64,000 bases of DNA from the human T2T-CHM13v2.0 reference genome, Homo sapiens, in contig CP068257.2 in the NCBI GenBank assembly GCA_009914755.4, forward strand, positions 22,048,001 through 22,112,000, given 5' to 3'. Positions 27,371 through 43,144 of the stretch are shown here, piece by piece (the stretch's first letter is position 1; the number at the start of each line of letters is the position of its first letter). The notes beneath the pieces are model-generated. The model did no database searches. It worked only from the letters and a program-made list of their open reading frames with translations, and had not been told where the DNA came from. A program made the translations under genes and the position numbers.

Positions 27371-28159
27371 ACCAATGTTTATATCTTAAGCTTTTTGTGT
27401 TCCTCAAAATCTGAAAACAAAATTAACTGTTTTATGAAAGAGAAAAAAGGCATACTTATTATACAGAAGAAAAATTGGTAGGCAACTGTTGACACTATTA
27501 TGTGAACAACAGTCATCTTTTTAAGACTTTTAAAATTATTTTGAAGAAGATATTTTCCCCTAAACCTTTCAGTTTCAAAAGGTTTTGAATATAAAACAAC
27601 TGCTGAAATAAAGCATTGACATTTAAACATTAACAGAGCTTCAAAACTCTGTTAATGGGGGAAAAGTTGTGCATATAGGCTAATGTCAGGAGTGCAATAT
27701 TCTTGCTAAATTCTAAAAGCAGCTTTCTGGTCTAAATTTAGGGCTACTGGCAGTGGATCCAACGTTAGATGGGGATTTGAGAAAACAGTTGTTTCAGCCA
27801 CACATATAAGCCAGGAGAGTGTTGGCAAGAGTAACTTCCACACAAAACCATGACAGAGAAGGAAACAAAAAGATTCCTGACATTTAGACCAGTTGGAGAT
27901 AATGTGTCACAAACAAGTAACTACAAATACATGTTTCTAAACAAGGCAGTGATAATTTCTCAACCAGTTGGCTGTTAAAACAAACTCTGCTGTTCCTTTC
28001 TATTTTCCTTCACATTCTTTGCGTATTGGTCCTTCCATCTGGCTTACTTTTTTGGACCCAGATCCAGGAGGGCATTTTCCCATAAAGCTTGATAGAGGAT
28101 AAGCTGCAAAAGCAATCTCTGTACATGGTAATTCCAGTAGTCCAATGTGAAACACGGAA

Positions 28160-28420
28160 GAACAATTATTCAGCCCACATTTGTTTCCCTGGCAGCTCTC
28201 TGAGACCTCTTTTTATAAGGTCACTAATTCCATTCATGAGGGCTCCACCCTCATGATCTAACCAACAACCAAAAGCCCACTTTCAACATGTTGTCACGTT
28301 ATTGATTAGATTTTAACATATGAATTTTGAAGAGACACGAACATTTGGATCACAGAAGGAAGCTTTATATGGCAGTTCAAATTCAAATTCTGGACTTGGA
28401 CAACCCAAACACGGCCCCAG
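28160..28420. mobile_element. MaLR/MER-like ancient LTR fragment
   Basis: Carries ctctttttataaggtcactaattccattcatgagggctccaccctcatgatctaa...ttaacatatgaattttgaagagacacgaacatt, a motif shared by old MaLR-type LTRs. Confidence 0.35.
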
Positions 28421-30090
28421 CATGACTTGGCAATCACTTTCTTTACAAATTGAGGTGTTCTGATTTTTCAGAACATTCTGATTATTCAGAAATAATGAAT
28501 GTGCATTACTGACAGCATCAGAAAGTAGTAATTATAAATGTTAAACTGCGTATATTTGGAACTTATATCTCTGTAAATAATATGTAACCATGGAACATGA
28601 TAGCAGTTCCTAAAGTTTAACTAAACTAGCTTACGATTTATAAAAAAACATCACCCTATCGAATATTTTTTATTTAGAGATTGAGCTTTTGAGTAGCACC
28701 CCCTTACCTCAGCTTTATAAACATGTTCCTGAATATGTTTTGAAAAGTCTTTCTTTAGGTTTTGTCAATACCTACATTTATTATTCTAATTTATCTACTG
28801 GTTCCAGCTCCCAAAATGGACTGAGTTAGTAGTTTGAATTTAAAATTTTAACTTTATCATGATTAAATTATTTAAAATGCAACAATTTCAAGTTTTGGTA
28901 TGTGCAAAATACAGTAATAGAGGTTCAGTGCAAATCCATACAGAGGAAATGAGGATGTTAGCCAGCTTTGTTAAATCTGTAAATGTGTTTAAGAGCTTTC
29001 TTTATGCTATTGTTCCCCCATGCTGTGGAAGTCCATAAGCATTTCATAAACCTTTATCTGGACAAAATAAAAAAGCAGGCCAGTAGTCAGGATCTTGATG
29101 TCATGCTCAATAAGGCAAAGTGTGAGGAAAAAGAAAGAAACTAAAAGCTGCAAGAGATTGTGCTGAGTGGGAAAATACGGCTTTTCTTGTTTTGTTACTC
29201 TTCATTTCAACAAGGCATACTGTGATATAATTTAAAGTGGAAAATCGATGTGGGTAAATAAAACTTTTTAACTTTTATGTTTGGATTTTATATTTGAGAT
29301 TTTTCATTTATTTACTCAGTAAAAATAGTTGAATGTCAACTATACAGTCAATCCAATGCAAAGCTCCTGAAGGATAGTGAATTTCTTTTACTTTTAGGTT
29401 ATAGACAAAAGGGTTGCTTGACTGCAGAGTGTTTTATTCCCCCTAAGAGTACAAGAATTAGAATATGTGTTTTGGAATGTGAACCATGGTGAAGCTAAGA
29501 TGTGTCTTCAATAAGGAGAATATATGGACCTGGTTTTGTGAACAGAATGATGGGTTGGTTTCTGGGTCTTGAGAGTAAAGAGGAAAGAGAAAAAAACAGT
29601 GGTGATATTTCAGGAAACAAGCTACATTCTACTAAAGGCAGAAACTGACTTCCCAGTAATTGCAAGAGCACAGCTTGAGATTCAGAGAGCTTGAACCAAA
29701 GTATTAATCTGAGCACCTGGAAGACCATAGAGCCAATTGAGTTGATACCAAAACCTGCAAACAAGAGTACTGTATAGTCCTTCGGTTAGCATATTCAACA
29801 CAAATTCTTATCCCTATGCCAACTCTTAACCATGGAGGTAGCTATTTAAAATATTTTCCGCCAGGATTTGCAGTTTTAGTATCTAATGTACAATTAAATA
29901 CTTATTAATTTTACTCTAAGTTTCAGTTGAGAGTTTACACAGGTAAGGAGCATTTGGATATTCGATGTATATTTTCTGAGATGTGATTATTGTTACTCTA
30001 GCTAAGGAGAGTGTTTCTCCACAACTTACTGGTGTACTAACAAAGCCATGTTTGGTGCTTCCATTCTTAGTGGTGATAATGACTTTGCAG

Positions 30091-30126
30091 GGTTTCTCCC
30101 TCTTTTTCGGTTTCTCCCTCTTTTTC
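30091..30126. repeat. 18-bp perfect tandem duplication (ggtttctccctctttttc x2)
   Basis: read directly. Confidence 0.7.
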
Positions 30127-31176
30127 AATTTCTCTGAAATCTGGCTCACTTAAAGTTTCATTATAATTATTAGATAAAAAGCAAGGTAGTCACTTTTCAG
30201 GAAATGAAAGATTTCTGGTATTCATAAAATTTAAGTGTCTTGGCAGATATTAAGGTAACATTTCCCTAATTATTATTAAATTGAATTTTTCTAAGCCAAA
30301 ATGACCTTAAAATAAGGAAAACATTTATTTGCTCCAAGTAAACTTTCTATGCCTTATCACAACACTCTTCTCCCTTTAATTATCTCTTGACATGCCCAGT
30401 AAGGTCAAGTTTGTCAGAAAACTTGCACGGATCTTTTTTACATTTACTGATGAAGGCATTGCAAACATTATCCTAGCAGGAATAACAGAAACTCAGGATA
30501 TTTTTATTTACAGGGCCCCCTGTCTTGAATTCCTCCTTCTACGCTGTGCTAAACTGCTAATTTCTCACTTCATTCCATGACTTTATCAAGCCTTAAACTG
30601 AGTAAATTGTGTTCATTGTTTTAGATTCACCTTGATGTGCACAGTTATTCATGCTGGCTCTGGATCCAATAGACCAGCAACTGTGCTCATTTAATCTTGG
30701 CTTAACCATTTCTGGCATCTCGCTTCTGTCACTGGCCAGTATCTCTTACTGGAAAGTCTCCCAGCTAGACATGATCTGCCGATCAGTCTAAAGCTATCAT
30801 CTGATATGTTTCCCAAGTCCTGAAATTTTTGCCTTCTGACTCTGTTGGGCTTTCTTTCAATACTATGCTATGCTTTACTTGTAACAGCCTTTGCTATGAG
30901 CAAATCAAATTATCCTGTTTCTATTTCTCTGTGGTCCTGATGTTACCTAAGAGGTAAAATTTGTAAAGTGCTAATTACTTCATACAGGATCAGAGAGTTA
31001 GAGAGTCCTATGGGAATTTAGAATTCCCCAAGTTCCGTTGTTTCCAGAAAACTGGAGCTATTACTTGTTCCCAGTCACATAATTTATTATGACTAAAGGT
31101 ATGTCTCAAAAACAGGATGCAAGGTTTCAGTCTATTTTTTTCTATAATACTACACTGAAGTAATATAATCACATTA

Positions 31177-31504
<328 letters not shown>

Positions 31505-32666
31505 CTACATACGGAAATTGAGCCACTATTAGAAGGGGTTTCCTGGAGGAGGTTCAGGAAAAGCCAAGAATCTCTTGACAACTTATTTGGTGTCATTTAT
31601 TCAACTGTCAGTAAGCTTGGAAAAATAAAACAAGTATTGCAAAAGAAAAAAAAAGATAATATTGAGAAATGATAAGAAATGCCAAAAACAAGTTGCTAAA
31701 TTAATGTACAAATAAATGTCAAGTATGACATTTGTTTTACTTCTTTCTTCAATAAGTACTACTGTAAGTTGCTGCAATGTCTTCATCCTTCTCAGTAGAG
31801 CTGCCAAAAGTCTGATAGGTCTCCACTCACTTTTACTTATTTCAAGACAGCAGTCATTTGTTTGCTAATTCCTTAATCCCATTGTGATTGAGTATCTCTG
31901 AAATGTACAGGCAATCTTTATTTTGTTTAGTTGCCTCAGAATTAAATTGCCCCAGGTATGAAAATCCATGACACAAATAATCAAAAGTAAGAGAGCAGAG
32001 TGTCCTCAGATGTCACCAATGCAAAAATAGGCAAGTAAAATCTGTGATGGGATTTTAACATTCACAAAGCACTAGAAAACTATATATCAGAATTTGTGTA
32101 ACTATCTCAATGACCTGTCACTAGCTTTTTTTCTGGAGATTTCATTATTCATTCATCCAATTATGGCAAAGGAAGATATTCTACTCTCTCTTAATTAAAA
32201 CTGAAAATGATACATTATATGCAAATATCATTCTACACACAAATATACACATAGACACTCATATATACTCATGCTCACACATACAGTCATCACAAATATT
32301 GTGCTTACAGATGGTGAGAGTACGATTATAAACTAATTGCTTTAGAAAGGAAAAGAAGAATATCAAAGTGTGTGCTGGAGGTTGTGTGATCCAAGAGAGA
32401 AGAGAAATGGAAAGGAAGCTGGGGTGGTAGGAACGTATTTAATGAGTTCTGATGGGGTGGTGGGGATGGGTGATATTGTGCTTGTCACTATATATGAGTT
32501 ATTTCATTCAATTATCAAACGTGTTTATTAAGTAGATGTTATTATTTTTGCTTTAAAAGCTAAATATCAAAGATGTTAAGCAACACAGAGCCAAGGTACC
32601 ACAAATACAAATTACCTGATTCCCAAAAATATTTTTTGTCACCATGTTGGTTCTAAAGCCTACTAG

Positions 32667-33025
<359 letters not shown>

Positions 33026-33867
33026 TAATTTTAAATTTTCAAATTTGCAGTTTGTTAAAAGATCTATTGATAGTATCTCACCCCTACATTAGCTCAATTT
33101 CGTCTTCTTATGTGTGGCAACTTTCTCTGACCTTCCCTTAAAAACCTTCCCTAGAAGTTTTGACTGTAACCCTCTTCTATTTGCTTTTATTCACTCTCCT
33201 TCAAAGCGTTCATATCCATGTAGCTAGTTGTCTCTTAAATCATGAATTCAAATTCTTTCAAAATTATTACTCTGAGTTACTGTCTAACATGTTTCTTGCA
33301 AATAACTCAAATTTTATTTGTCCAGGTTTTGCTCACAAACACTCCAATGAAGCCTAATTATATCTTTAGACAGTTGATCTTAAAAATGCATTTAAAATAT
33401 TATTTAGATTTTTCCCTTTATTTTCATTTCTGCAAGCATCATCAAGGTCAAGCCGTTATCATAGCTTGAGTTGATTGAAATAAATCTCTTTTTTCTAGTC
33501 ATTCTTTAGCTAATTTCTTCTACTCAACATGATTCAGTTGGTCTGTCAAAATATATCACACATAAGTACAATATTTCTTTTCAAAACTTTCTGGGATTCC
33601 TTCTTGCTTAATGTTAATTCCAAATCTCCTATCCTGGCATTAAAGGCCTTCTAGTCTTATTCACAGTATTTCTTCACCCAGAATACTGTGCCTCTTTCAT
33701 TATAAATCAATGTTTTCCATTTGTACATGTCCAACTGAAACCCCATCTCCTCCCTGTCTCGCCCAGCCAAAACCAATTTGCTCCTCTGCTCTCACACAGA
33801 ACTTTGTTTATACCTGTCTTATGTAGTCATTAAATGCTTTCTTAGCGAATGGATGTTGGATTCTCTC

Positions 33868-34260
33868 TCAGTTTGTTTGGGTTGTCATAACAAAATATCA
33901 TAAACCAAGTGACTTATAAAGAATAGAAATTTATTTTTCACAGTTCTGAAAGATAGGAGGCTCAAGATCAAGGAACTGGCAGATTTGGTGTCTGGGGAAG
34001 ACCTGCTTCCTGCTTCAAAAATGGCAGTCTGCTCTGTGTCCTCACATGGTAGAGAGAGTAACCAAGTTCTGTGGGGATTTTTATAAAGACATTAACCCAT
34101 ACATGATGCTTCTGTCTCATGACCTCAGTGAACCCTGATTATCTCCCAAAGACCCCACGCCTTAATACCATCACATTAGGTGGCAGGGTTTCAACATATG
34201 AACTTCGGAAGAACTCAGCATTTGTAATGCAAGAGCTTCTACTCTGCAACATACTTAAGG
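33868..34260 (-). mobile_element. MLT1-related MaLR LTR fragment
   Basis: gggttgtcataacaaaatatcataaaccaagtgacttataaagaatagaaatttatttttcacagttctgaaagataggaggctcaagatcaagg...gtgtcctcacatggtag...accatcacattaggtggcagggtttcaacatatgaac. Confidence 0.45.
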
Positions 34261-37200
34261 GAAGCCTCTCTCAGATGGATTTTCCCTACATCTTGTCATT
34301 AACATTAATTGCCCTGTTTAGGTTGGGTTCACCAGACAGCCTGAGAAAAGTGATGTACTGAGGGAGTACTTTCAGGTAAAGGATGTGTGATCAAGGGGAT
34401 ACAATACTAAGCACACATGTTGTTTTAACTGAAGATTAGATTCTATTTGATCCCACGAAGAGCTCTGGAGTACAAATCACACTATCAAGTTCCTGACCAG
34501 GGGTCCCCTCCTACTCTTGGAGGCAGGGGTATAACCTCTTCCAGAATGAGGCAGTTCCCTTTGGGCTGTAGGTAGGCTCCAAAGAAGATGGCAGCTATGT
34601 GTTATTAGCGTAGCTAAAGGGTGTATGCATAAACCTGGCAAGGTGATCTGGCCAGGACACCAATAATATCTATAACAATGTATCTTTTGCACATTCAGAT
34701 CAACTTCCTTTTATTAATTTCAACTTATTTATTTCATTAAGTTTACTTCATAAAGACACTATTTTTTCTGGATTTTAGTTAATTACAGTTTCTAGGAAAA
34801 CTCGCAAAAGTAGAGTTCATGGGTCAAAGAAAGTTCCCTGTTGCCACATTTGATCTTGAGGTTAAAAATATCATCTCCCTCCTCCATGTCTCATTCTAGG
34901 TTCCCCTTCTCTTGGCTAACGTTTCTGGTCTTCTGGTGTTCTGGCATGAGGGCTTCTACCATAGCTTTAAGTTTAACGGAAATCTTACTATGCCCCCTGA
35001 TGGAAGGGTTGCTTTATGACAACCAAGACCTGGAGCTGTACAGAGCTTAAAATTCCTGGGACTGGATGCTCAGACAGGTGAAATGGATCATTGAGATCAC
35101 TGAGAGTGACGCTGAATCAAACACTTCCACTCCTACCCCTTGGTTTCCAGAGCTGTGTATTCTTCCTCTTGGGGAAAGATCATGACACAACGATTGCTTC
35201 GAAGGTGTTAGCTTCAAGTGAGCAGCACGTATGTTCCTTTAAGATGTCATTTCACTTTTATGGCAGGCTAGCAGCTTTTAGGTAAATACAGGAAAGGTAA
35301 GTCTATGCTTCCAGTAGCTCAGGCCAAATACAAACCATAATCTTTGACTCCTGAATTTCTTTCACATACTCTACCACATTCTATTGGTTATGCATTCAAA
35401 ATATATGTAGAGTCTGATTTTCTCAGTGACTCCATTGTTAACACTATATTTTAAACCATAGTAATCTCCTACTTCTAGGCCATTAAACTGGATCTTGTTT
35501 ATTTTGTCTTTGCCCCACCACAAAACTACACTCCCGTGAATAGGTTTTGTTAAGAATGACTCTTTTTAAAACATGCCTGTCTATATCACTCTTCCGCTCA
35601 CACCCTGCCAATGACTTTTCCATCTTTCTCAGAAAAAAATCTAAATATTTTCATAAAAGTTTGCAAGGCATACCTGCAATCAAACATCTTATATTTAAAT
35701 CCACCTCTTACTATTTGTGTGAAACAGACAGGCTAATGGAATTATTTGTGTCTCAGTACAGTATTGAGAGAATTATGTGAGTTGGTGTATAGCAATATAC
35801 TTATAATAGTTCCTGGCACTGAAACAACACTACATAAATGTTAGCTAATATTTTCATTGTTTCAGTTCTTATTATTGCAGGTGTATTTTGTGCTTGTATT
35901 TTTATGAATTACTTAAACATAAATATTTTTCATGTCACATGATAATTCTCAGATACATGATATCTAATGGCTATGTAATATTCTATCCTATATTATGCCA
36001 TTTTTATTTCTTTCATCTATTCATTCATTTATTCATTGAATCATGCTTTCTAATCGAGGTATTACAGAAACTGCTTGAACTCACTTTGAGGAAAGTAAGT
36101 CTATATGAGATAGAAAGCAATAACGCAAGCCAACACATGCATAAAATGTATGATTGAATATGTTCATTATTTTATTTGGCAATTCCACCAAAGAATATAC
36201 TTTTTCTTCCTCACATGTTTAAATATTTAATGCTATAGCAAAAACATTATCTCAAGAAACTTTCTGTGCATATAGGGAAGAACACAGAGGGATCCTTATC
36301 CATCCCTTTCTTCTATGGAAAATGCTGGGCATAAAGAGAGAATAGAGTCCAAGTAGAGGTTAAATTTGAGTTCTGTCTATGTAACCTTTACTTGTGTCAA
36401 GGGTGCAATGTGTAGAAATAATGCTGCCATTTGTAGAGTCCAGTCACTTCTCAACTACCAGTAGTCATGACTAAACAGTAAATTGCATAAACCTCAAAAG
36501 ACATCAGAGACTAATATATATGAAGGATATCAGTACCGTATGTTCCACTGGTCACTTGGTAACATGGAAACAGAAAGAGTAAATATTTCACAGATGGAAC
36601 ATTCAGCAAATCCTATGAAAAAAATTCATATTTATTTTTAATCCTCAAATATACGGTCATTTTAAACAATTTTATTTATTTTAATGGCTACCTAATTTCC
36701 TTTAATATCAGAGAAAAATTAAATTAAATTCTATTTTCATCGCCACCCTCTCACCCCTGCTGTGGTTTACCTCTTTGGCATTTTATTATTGAAAAATGCC
36801 TACCCACCATATGAAATTATTTATCCAGGACTATAGCCGAAGAACAATAATTTTAAAAGCTACAAAACATTATAATACTAAAAACACACGAAATAGATTG
36901 TCCTCCTTTTTAATCTCATAGTGTTATCAAAAAAGTATTAATTTTCACTGAGACTCAGGCAAAAAATATTTTTTACTTTTGCAAGAGCATATTGTATTTA
37001 TTGTCCATATAATACTGTCTTAAACACGTTAGATTTGTTTACTATTTATTCCCGTAAAAGCAGGGAATTGGAAACCAAAGGAAATCAGACCTTTAAATCC
37101 TCTCACCTAATGTGAGCCGTTTTTTTTTCTGAGCTGAGGGAAAGAACCATCATATAATAAATCGAATCAGCTGAAAGATCTCTCTTCAGCAAGTAAGCTG

Positions 37201-37886
37201 TATATAGTTGGAGTGTAAAAGACAAGTGGCCACAGAACAGTCCCTACGCCTGGAAACTTAATTAACTTATATTTTACCATCATAAGAAACAAGGTTAGGG
37301 TCTCTACCAAGCTCTGCTATACACACACAACCCCTTTTACCAAAACCTCTGAGACTTGATCTCTGGCAAACCTGGTTTCAGAGTAACACCTCCCGTCGTA
37401 TCTTTACCAACATGCATATAAAACATTTTCTCATTATATTTTACTCTCATAATGCAATAAAATCTTTTATTAACCTTTACTTAGGATATAAGATTATTTG
37501 AGCACCCACCGACAACAAACTGAGTGTAGCATCTCTATTTTATTACCACCTAACCACTCGTCATTGTGGAGAAGACCAACGTTTTCAGAACCCCTCCCAA
37601 CTCACCATCATGGTTTGTGGAAAGTAAATCTCTTTCCACTCAGGTGTTGTGATATGAAAAGGAATTAAAGAGAGAGAAATACAGCGCTGGGATAAACAGC
37701 AAAAATGAGAACAATTTTAATCTGTTGTGTGTGAAATTAAATATCATGTATCATTTCCCCATTAGACAAACTATGTCCAGAGTAACTAAATATAGTTTTC
37801 CTGATTGTTTCTGCTTGGAATCTTACCCATTCAGCGCTTTTTTCTTTTACATTTGAGGAATTAATTTCAAACTTTAAGTTTCAGCT

Positions 37887-37967
37887 TACCAACATGGCAC
37901 ATGTATACATATGTAACAAACCTGCACGTTGCGCATATGTACCCTAAAACTTCAAGTATAATAAAAA
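37887..37967 (+). mobile_element. Extreme 5'-truncated L1 (L1PA-like) 3' tip, about 80 bp plus A-tail
   Basis: taccaacatggcacatgtatacatatgtaacaaacctgcacgttgcgcatatgtaccctaaaacttcaagtataataaaaaaaa is the canonical end of the young L1 3' UTR. Flanked by direct repeat aagtttcagct at about 37876-37886 and 37968-37978. Confidence 0.7.
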
Positions 37968-39148
37968 AAAGTTTCAGCTGATATATTGTGTAATAAGTTA
38001 TTTTAATAGACTTTAAAAAGCTCAATTTTCATTCAGGGGAAAAATTGCATAAGAGTACTGAAGATATCTTGAATGCCAAGAAGCTCTTGGAAAACTAACT
38101 TTTTTTAAGTAAAATGCAGAAAAACAGAGAAAACTCGAAGCCAATAAATTGGGCACGGATTTTAAAATTAGAAGCCACCACACTTGCAGAAGCAGTATAA
38201 AGTTTTTAAAATCTGGGATGTATTTAATAGACTCAATTATTTTCCATTTAAAATTTTAATATTTTAATAAAGCTAAATTCATAGGTAGAGAAATATTATT
38301 GGCATTGGTATATGGAAAAAATTATTGTATGTACTTGTATGTTGCAGCCAAGTACATTGGTATATATCACAACTTTAAAGGAGTGGAGGGAGCTCAGAAA
38401 ATACCCCTGTTTTGTCATCCAAATTAAAAGTGCCAATAATAAGCACAGAAACTCACATCCCCTTACTAATTTGTTGGCAGTTTTCCCAGAAACATATTTT
38501 ATGTAGATAAGTCTTCACTTTGCTCATACATTTCATTATATAAATTATTTTTACAAATTAATTTTTCATTAGGCACAAGAATATGGTTCACTAAATATGC
38601 TGAAATTTACTACATTATTTGCATCTGAGGAATATATGACATGCCACTGACTTTTACTAAGACGGTCTAAGCATTAGAGTGTGTTATGGTCCCCCGTGTG
38701 AATACATTTCTGAAATGTTTCCAACACTTATAGCCTGGCATTCAGCCCCCATGATGATCTAGCTCAAAGACATTTGTAGTCTTATCCTGTGCTATTCCTC
38801 TTTACATAGTAGATCCTGCAAACCAGTGGAACCATTGCTATTCACTAACATGCCTTTTGCACTTTCTATTCTTCTTTTATTTGCATCTGTCATTTTCAAT
38901 AATTTTGACCTCATGACCAAAAATTATCTTTAAATTATTGAGGAGGATCCCCCCCAAAAATTTATGTAGGCTGAATCTGTTAATACCAGGCTAAAAGTTA
39001 AATGTTTTACAAAATAGTATTTTAATTAATACTTCAAAACATAATCATGATAGATCTATTAAAGTTTTACATAATATATATATATGTGTAGTTTCTAAAA
39101 CAAAATAAAATAGTGAGCAGAAGAGAATTATTTTACATTTTAGCTACT

Positions 39149-39311
39149 TTTATTTTTTTATTTTTTATTTTTTATTTTTTATTTTTCAGACGGAGTCTCA
39201 CACAGTTGCCAGGCTGGAATGAAATGGCATGATCTCGGCTCACTGCAACCTCCGCCTCCCAGGTTGCTCCCAAAGTGCTGGGATTACAGGTGTGAGACAC
39301 CACACCCAGCC
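39149..39311 (-). mobile_element. Alu SINE with about 130-bp internal deletion; (TTTTTA)n tail
   Basis: (ttttta)n gagacggagtctcacacagttgccaggctggaatg...cctcccaggtt joins directly to gctcccaaagtgctgggattacaggtgtgagacaccacacccagcc. Confidence 0.8.
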
Positions 39312-39332
39312 TTTTTTTTTTTTTTTTTTTTT
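39312..39332. repeat. poly(T) run, 21 nt, abutting the Alu head
   Basis: read directly. Confidence 0.85.
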
Positions 39333-39932
39333 GCAGGTTTCTTTACAATCTGGTTTAATAGTTTGGTTTAACAGAAGACAGTTAAATACTAATAACTGCT
39401 TTTGCATTCAGTCTGTTGTAATATATTGTTTTGGTAGAAGTGTATGCTGAACATTGAGCATCACACAGAGAAGTATTAGAAAAGGCAAAAGTATTTTAAA
39501 TGTCTTTTCAGGTAATTGTGCATATTTTTCTTCAACATTACACCAAACTCTACAATATACAATGTGAATTTTTTTCCCTCTGGCACATTAAAATCCTCTG
39601 GTTTGTGTTGTACTTTGAATAGGTTTATATCCATTCATGATTTTGTGCCATAAGGAATTAATTATTTGGAAAATATTGCTTTATTAAACTATGCTGATCT
39701 GACAAATGTTGGAATATTTCATTATAAACATCTTTTAAAATCATCTTTTTAATGACCTCACCAATTTTGTCAAAATTATCTTTAAGTATTTGGAAGCTGT
39801 AAACCTCCTGGTAGCAGATACAAGTTTCATAAAATTCTATTTTTTTAAATATGAGTTTTATTATTGTCAACATATTTGGCTAGTTTTCTTTGAAGTGACA
39901 GTAAGTATTCAATTTTTAAAAGTCTCCGAATT

Positions 39933-39998
39933 GATCGTGCCACTGCACCCCAGCCTGGACGACAGAGCGAGACTCTGTCTCAAAAAATAAAAAAAAAA
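39933..39998 (+). mobile_element. Alu 3'-end fragment (last about 50 bp plus A-tail)
   Basis: gatcgtgccactgcaccccagcctggacgacagagcgagactctgtctcaaaaaataaaaaaaaaa. Confidence 0.75.
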
Positions 39999-40102
39999 TT
40001 ATCCGAATTTAGTTTTTGACTCCTTTTCTTCTGTATCCATTCGCACTCTTGAAAAGACATTACTCTTACAGTTTTAAAAATCATCTATATGCTTATAACT
40101 TT

Positions 40103-40620
<518 letters not shown>

Positions 40621-43144
40621 TAGCAGGACTTTCTGTTTTGTCACAAAATATTAAAAAGACATACACTCAAGTGTAGAGATTTAATGGTATGGATAATTTT
40701 ATTTTTTACTGTTTTATTCAGATGATCTTAAGCTCTTGTCTTATTTTAACTTTGGTGGTGAAGAATAAAACATCAATGAGTACATCTTGATACCACTGTC
40801 TATTTGACTGTAGCATGAGCTGCTTTATTCACCATTGTTTTTGCATGATCATGTCAAATGCCAACACATTAAAAAGGGCACAAAACCATTTAGTATTATT
40901 GTGAATTAATTCTTACTTTGCAAACTCCCTGAAAGAATCTTGTCGACCACTGGGGTCCATGGAACATACTTTAAGAACCACCGACTTAACTATTTTCTCT
41001 CCCTAGAATACACATCATGACAGTTTTTTGAGGGGAACTGTCATGGAAATTAATCTGTGGAACTGAGGTCATATCACATCGGGTTAGTTAATAAAAGCTT
41101 AGCCCACTTGAGGACACAAGAACTGCCATTATGGTTTAAGTAAACTCATATTGCAAGTGATCATTTAATAAAACAATATTAGTGAGTGTATTCAGTTTTG
41201 GAAAAGAAATAGATGCGTAACGCATGAAGTAGCCACTTTCAAGAGTGCAATCTAAATTCCCCTCAACAATACTTGCTCTTTCATTATTTTTAAGACAAAT
41301 TGCAACATTCAGTTTACTGAAACTTCATCATTTTGTTCATAATTTAATTCAGGAAACATTTATAAGCAGTAAGTAGTTTCACCAGACACTTTGCTAGGAC
41401 CTCAGGACACAGAGTTTATGCACTGTTCATTTTTATCAACGTTATAAAGCTGGTCTTGGGTTGCTCTATGTGATGACACTCCCATTGCAGTGAATCTGTC
41501 ATCTTCTGCCAAAATCAGTTTTTGCTGAAAGACTCACTGTATAGTATAGTAGCCAAGTAGAAGATTTATACATATATTTCATTTATCAAAAAGTAGTGAA
41601 TATATTCAATATATGTAGACACAGTCTAGGAGAAAAAAAGTCTGTAGTGTATATGTCTTCCTTTTTTATTTTATTTCCAAGTAAGTAGTATATTCATAAA
41701 AATGCCAATTTGACATTCCAAATTTGACATTTACTACAGACTTCACATAGCTTTTCTCTTTTCTGCATGATTCCAGTATATATCAGATCTATCAGAATGA
41801 ACATTTCTAAACTCAGAGCACAGCATCATCAGTATTTTCCCAGTTCTCAGGTGCACAGCTGGATAAATCACTCATTTTTCTGTTTCAAAAATCACTTCTT
41901 TTAACCTGGTTGTTTCAATGTATCAACATCAGTCATCCTTAATCCCCCAAAGATAACATTAGGAAGAATGAAATAAAAAGGAGACTGTAATCCCTCTCTT
42001 TCATATCTCTATTTTGAGAATAGGGAAATCACTCGATACCACAAGTTCTATTTGGAATGTCACAAAGTAGATGTAGCACAAAAATATATGCTTCTGATCT
42101 GTAAACAGTACCAGCTAAATCCATATTCCCATTAATCTCCTGCCACAGCACTGCATGTTCTCTTCATCATGCAGCCAGGTTATTCTAAGTCTCTTAGCAT
42201 AGCTTCCAAGAATGTACATCTGTCATTTGGAGCTGAGCAACATGTAGATTCACCATCATTCTGGGCAGTTGGATCTTGGTAACATTACTGCATTTCTTGA
42301 GTTGGATGCCAATAAATTATCTTTAAATGACTTTCAATTATCTGATTAGGTTTAGTTCCCTTAAAGGTATGCCTTTCTGCTATGAGTGAGTACTGCCCTT
42401 AAGCTTTAAGTGACCAGCCTGAGTACATGCATTTGGTACGGATAATGCACTTGATCTTTAGAGTTGGCTTTGTGGCTTTTGGCAATATTTCACTATTATG
42501 CCTAAGTGTAAGCAGAATAACATTAGATAGATTTATTCATTTTTGAAATTGCTATATTCTTTGGTAGGTAAAGAAATAATCCTCTTCCATATTCATTCAT
42601 TCATTCATATACATAACCTGATTGTGTTCCAAGTAAGAAAATTTCACTTAATGCTATCATTTCAGTCTAATTATATCAGTCTGAATTCTGTATATACAGA
42701 TGTCTACTGTATCAGTTCATTTCACTGGCCAAGTATCTTTGAAAGATAAATGTTTCATTATCACATCCAAATTAGGAAAATTATTCCTTTACATACTTGA
42801 ATTCATACATGCAGTATAAAATATTTATCAATCATTGTTCTATATCAGAAACTGTGCTTCTTATCTACTAGGTATTCAAAGATGAATCAAATGACTTTCC
42901 AGTCATCCAGCAAGTTGCAGTTTATTGGACAAGATAGATATATAAACCAATACACCTAAGGAATATGCTATAAAATAGAAGAATGAATTAAGAGTACTGT
43001 GAAATACTAAAGGAAAGTACTCCTTCTACTTAGAAGACATGAAGTCTTTCCCAGGGGAGGTGCCACAAGCTCCTAATCTCATTATTTATTTATTCATTCA
43101 TTTGTATTGAATAAATAGCTTCAGTTTCCTCTTTAATTATATTT

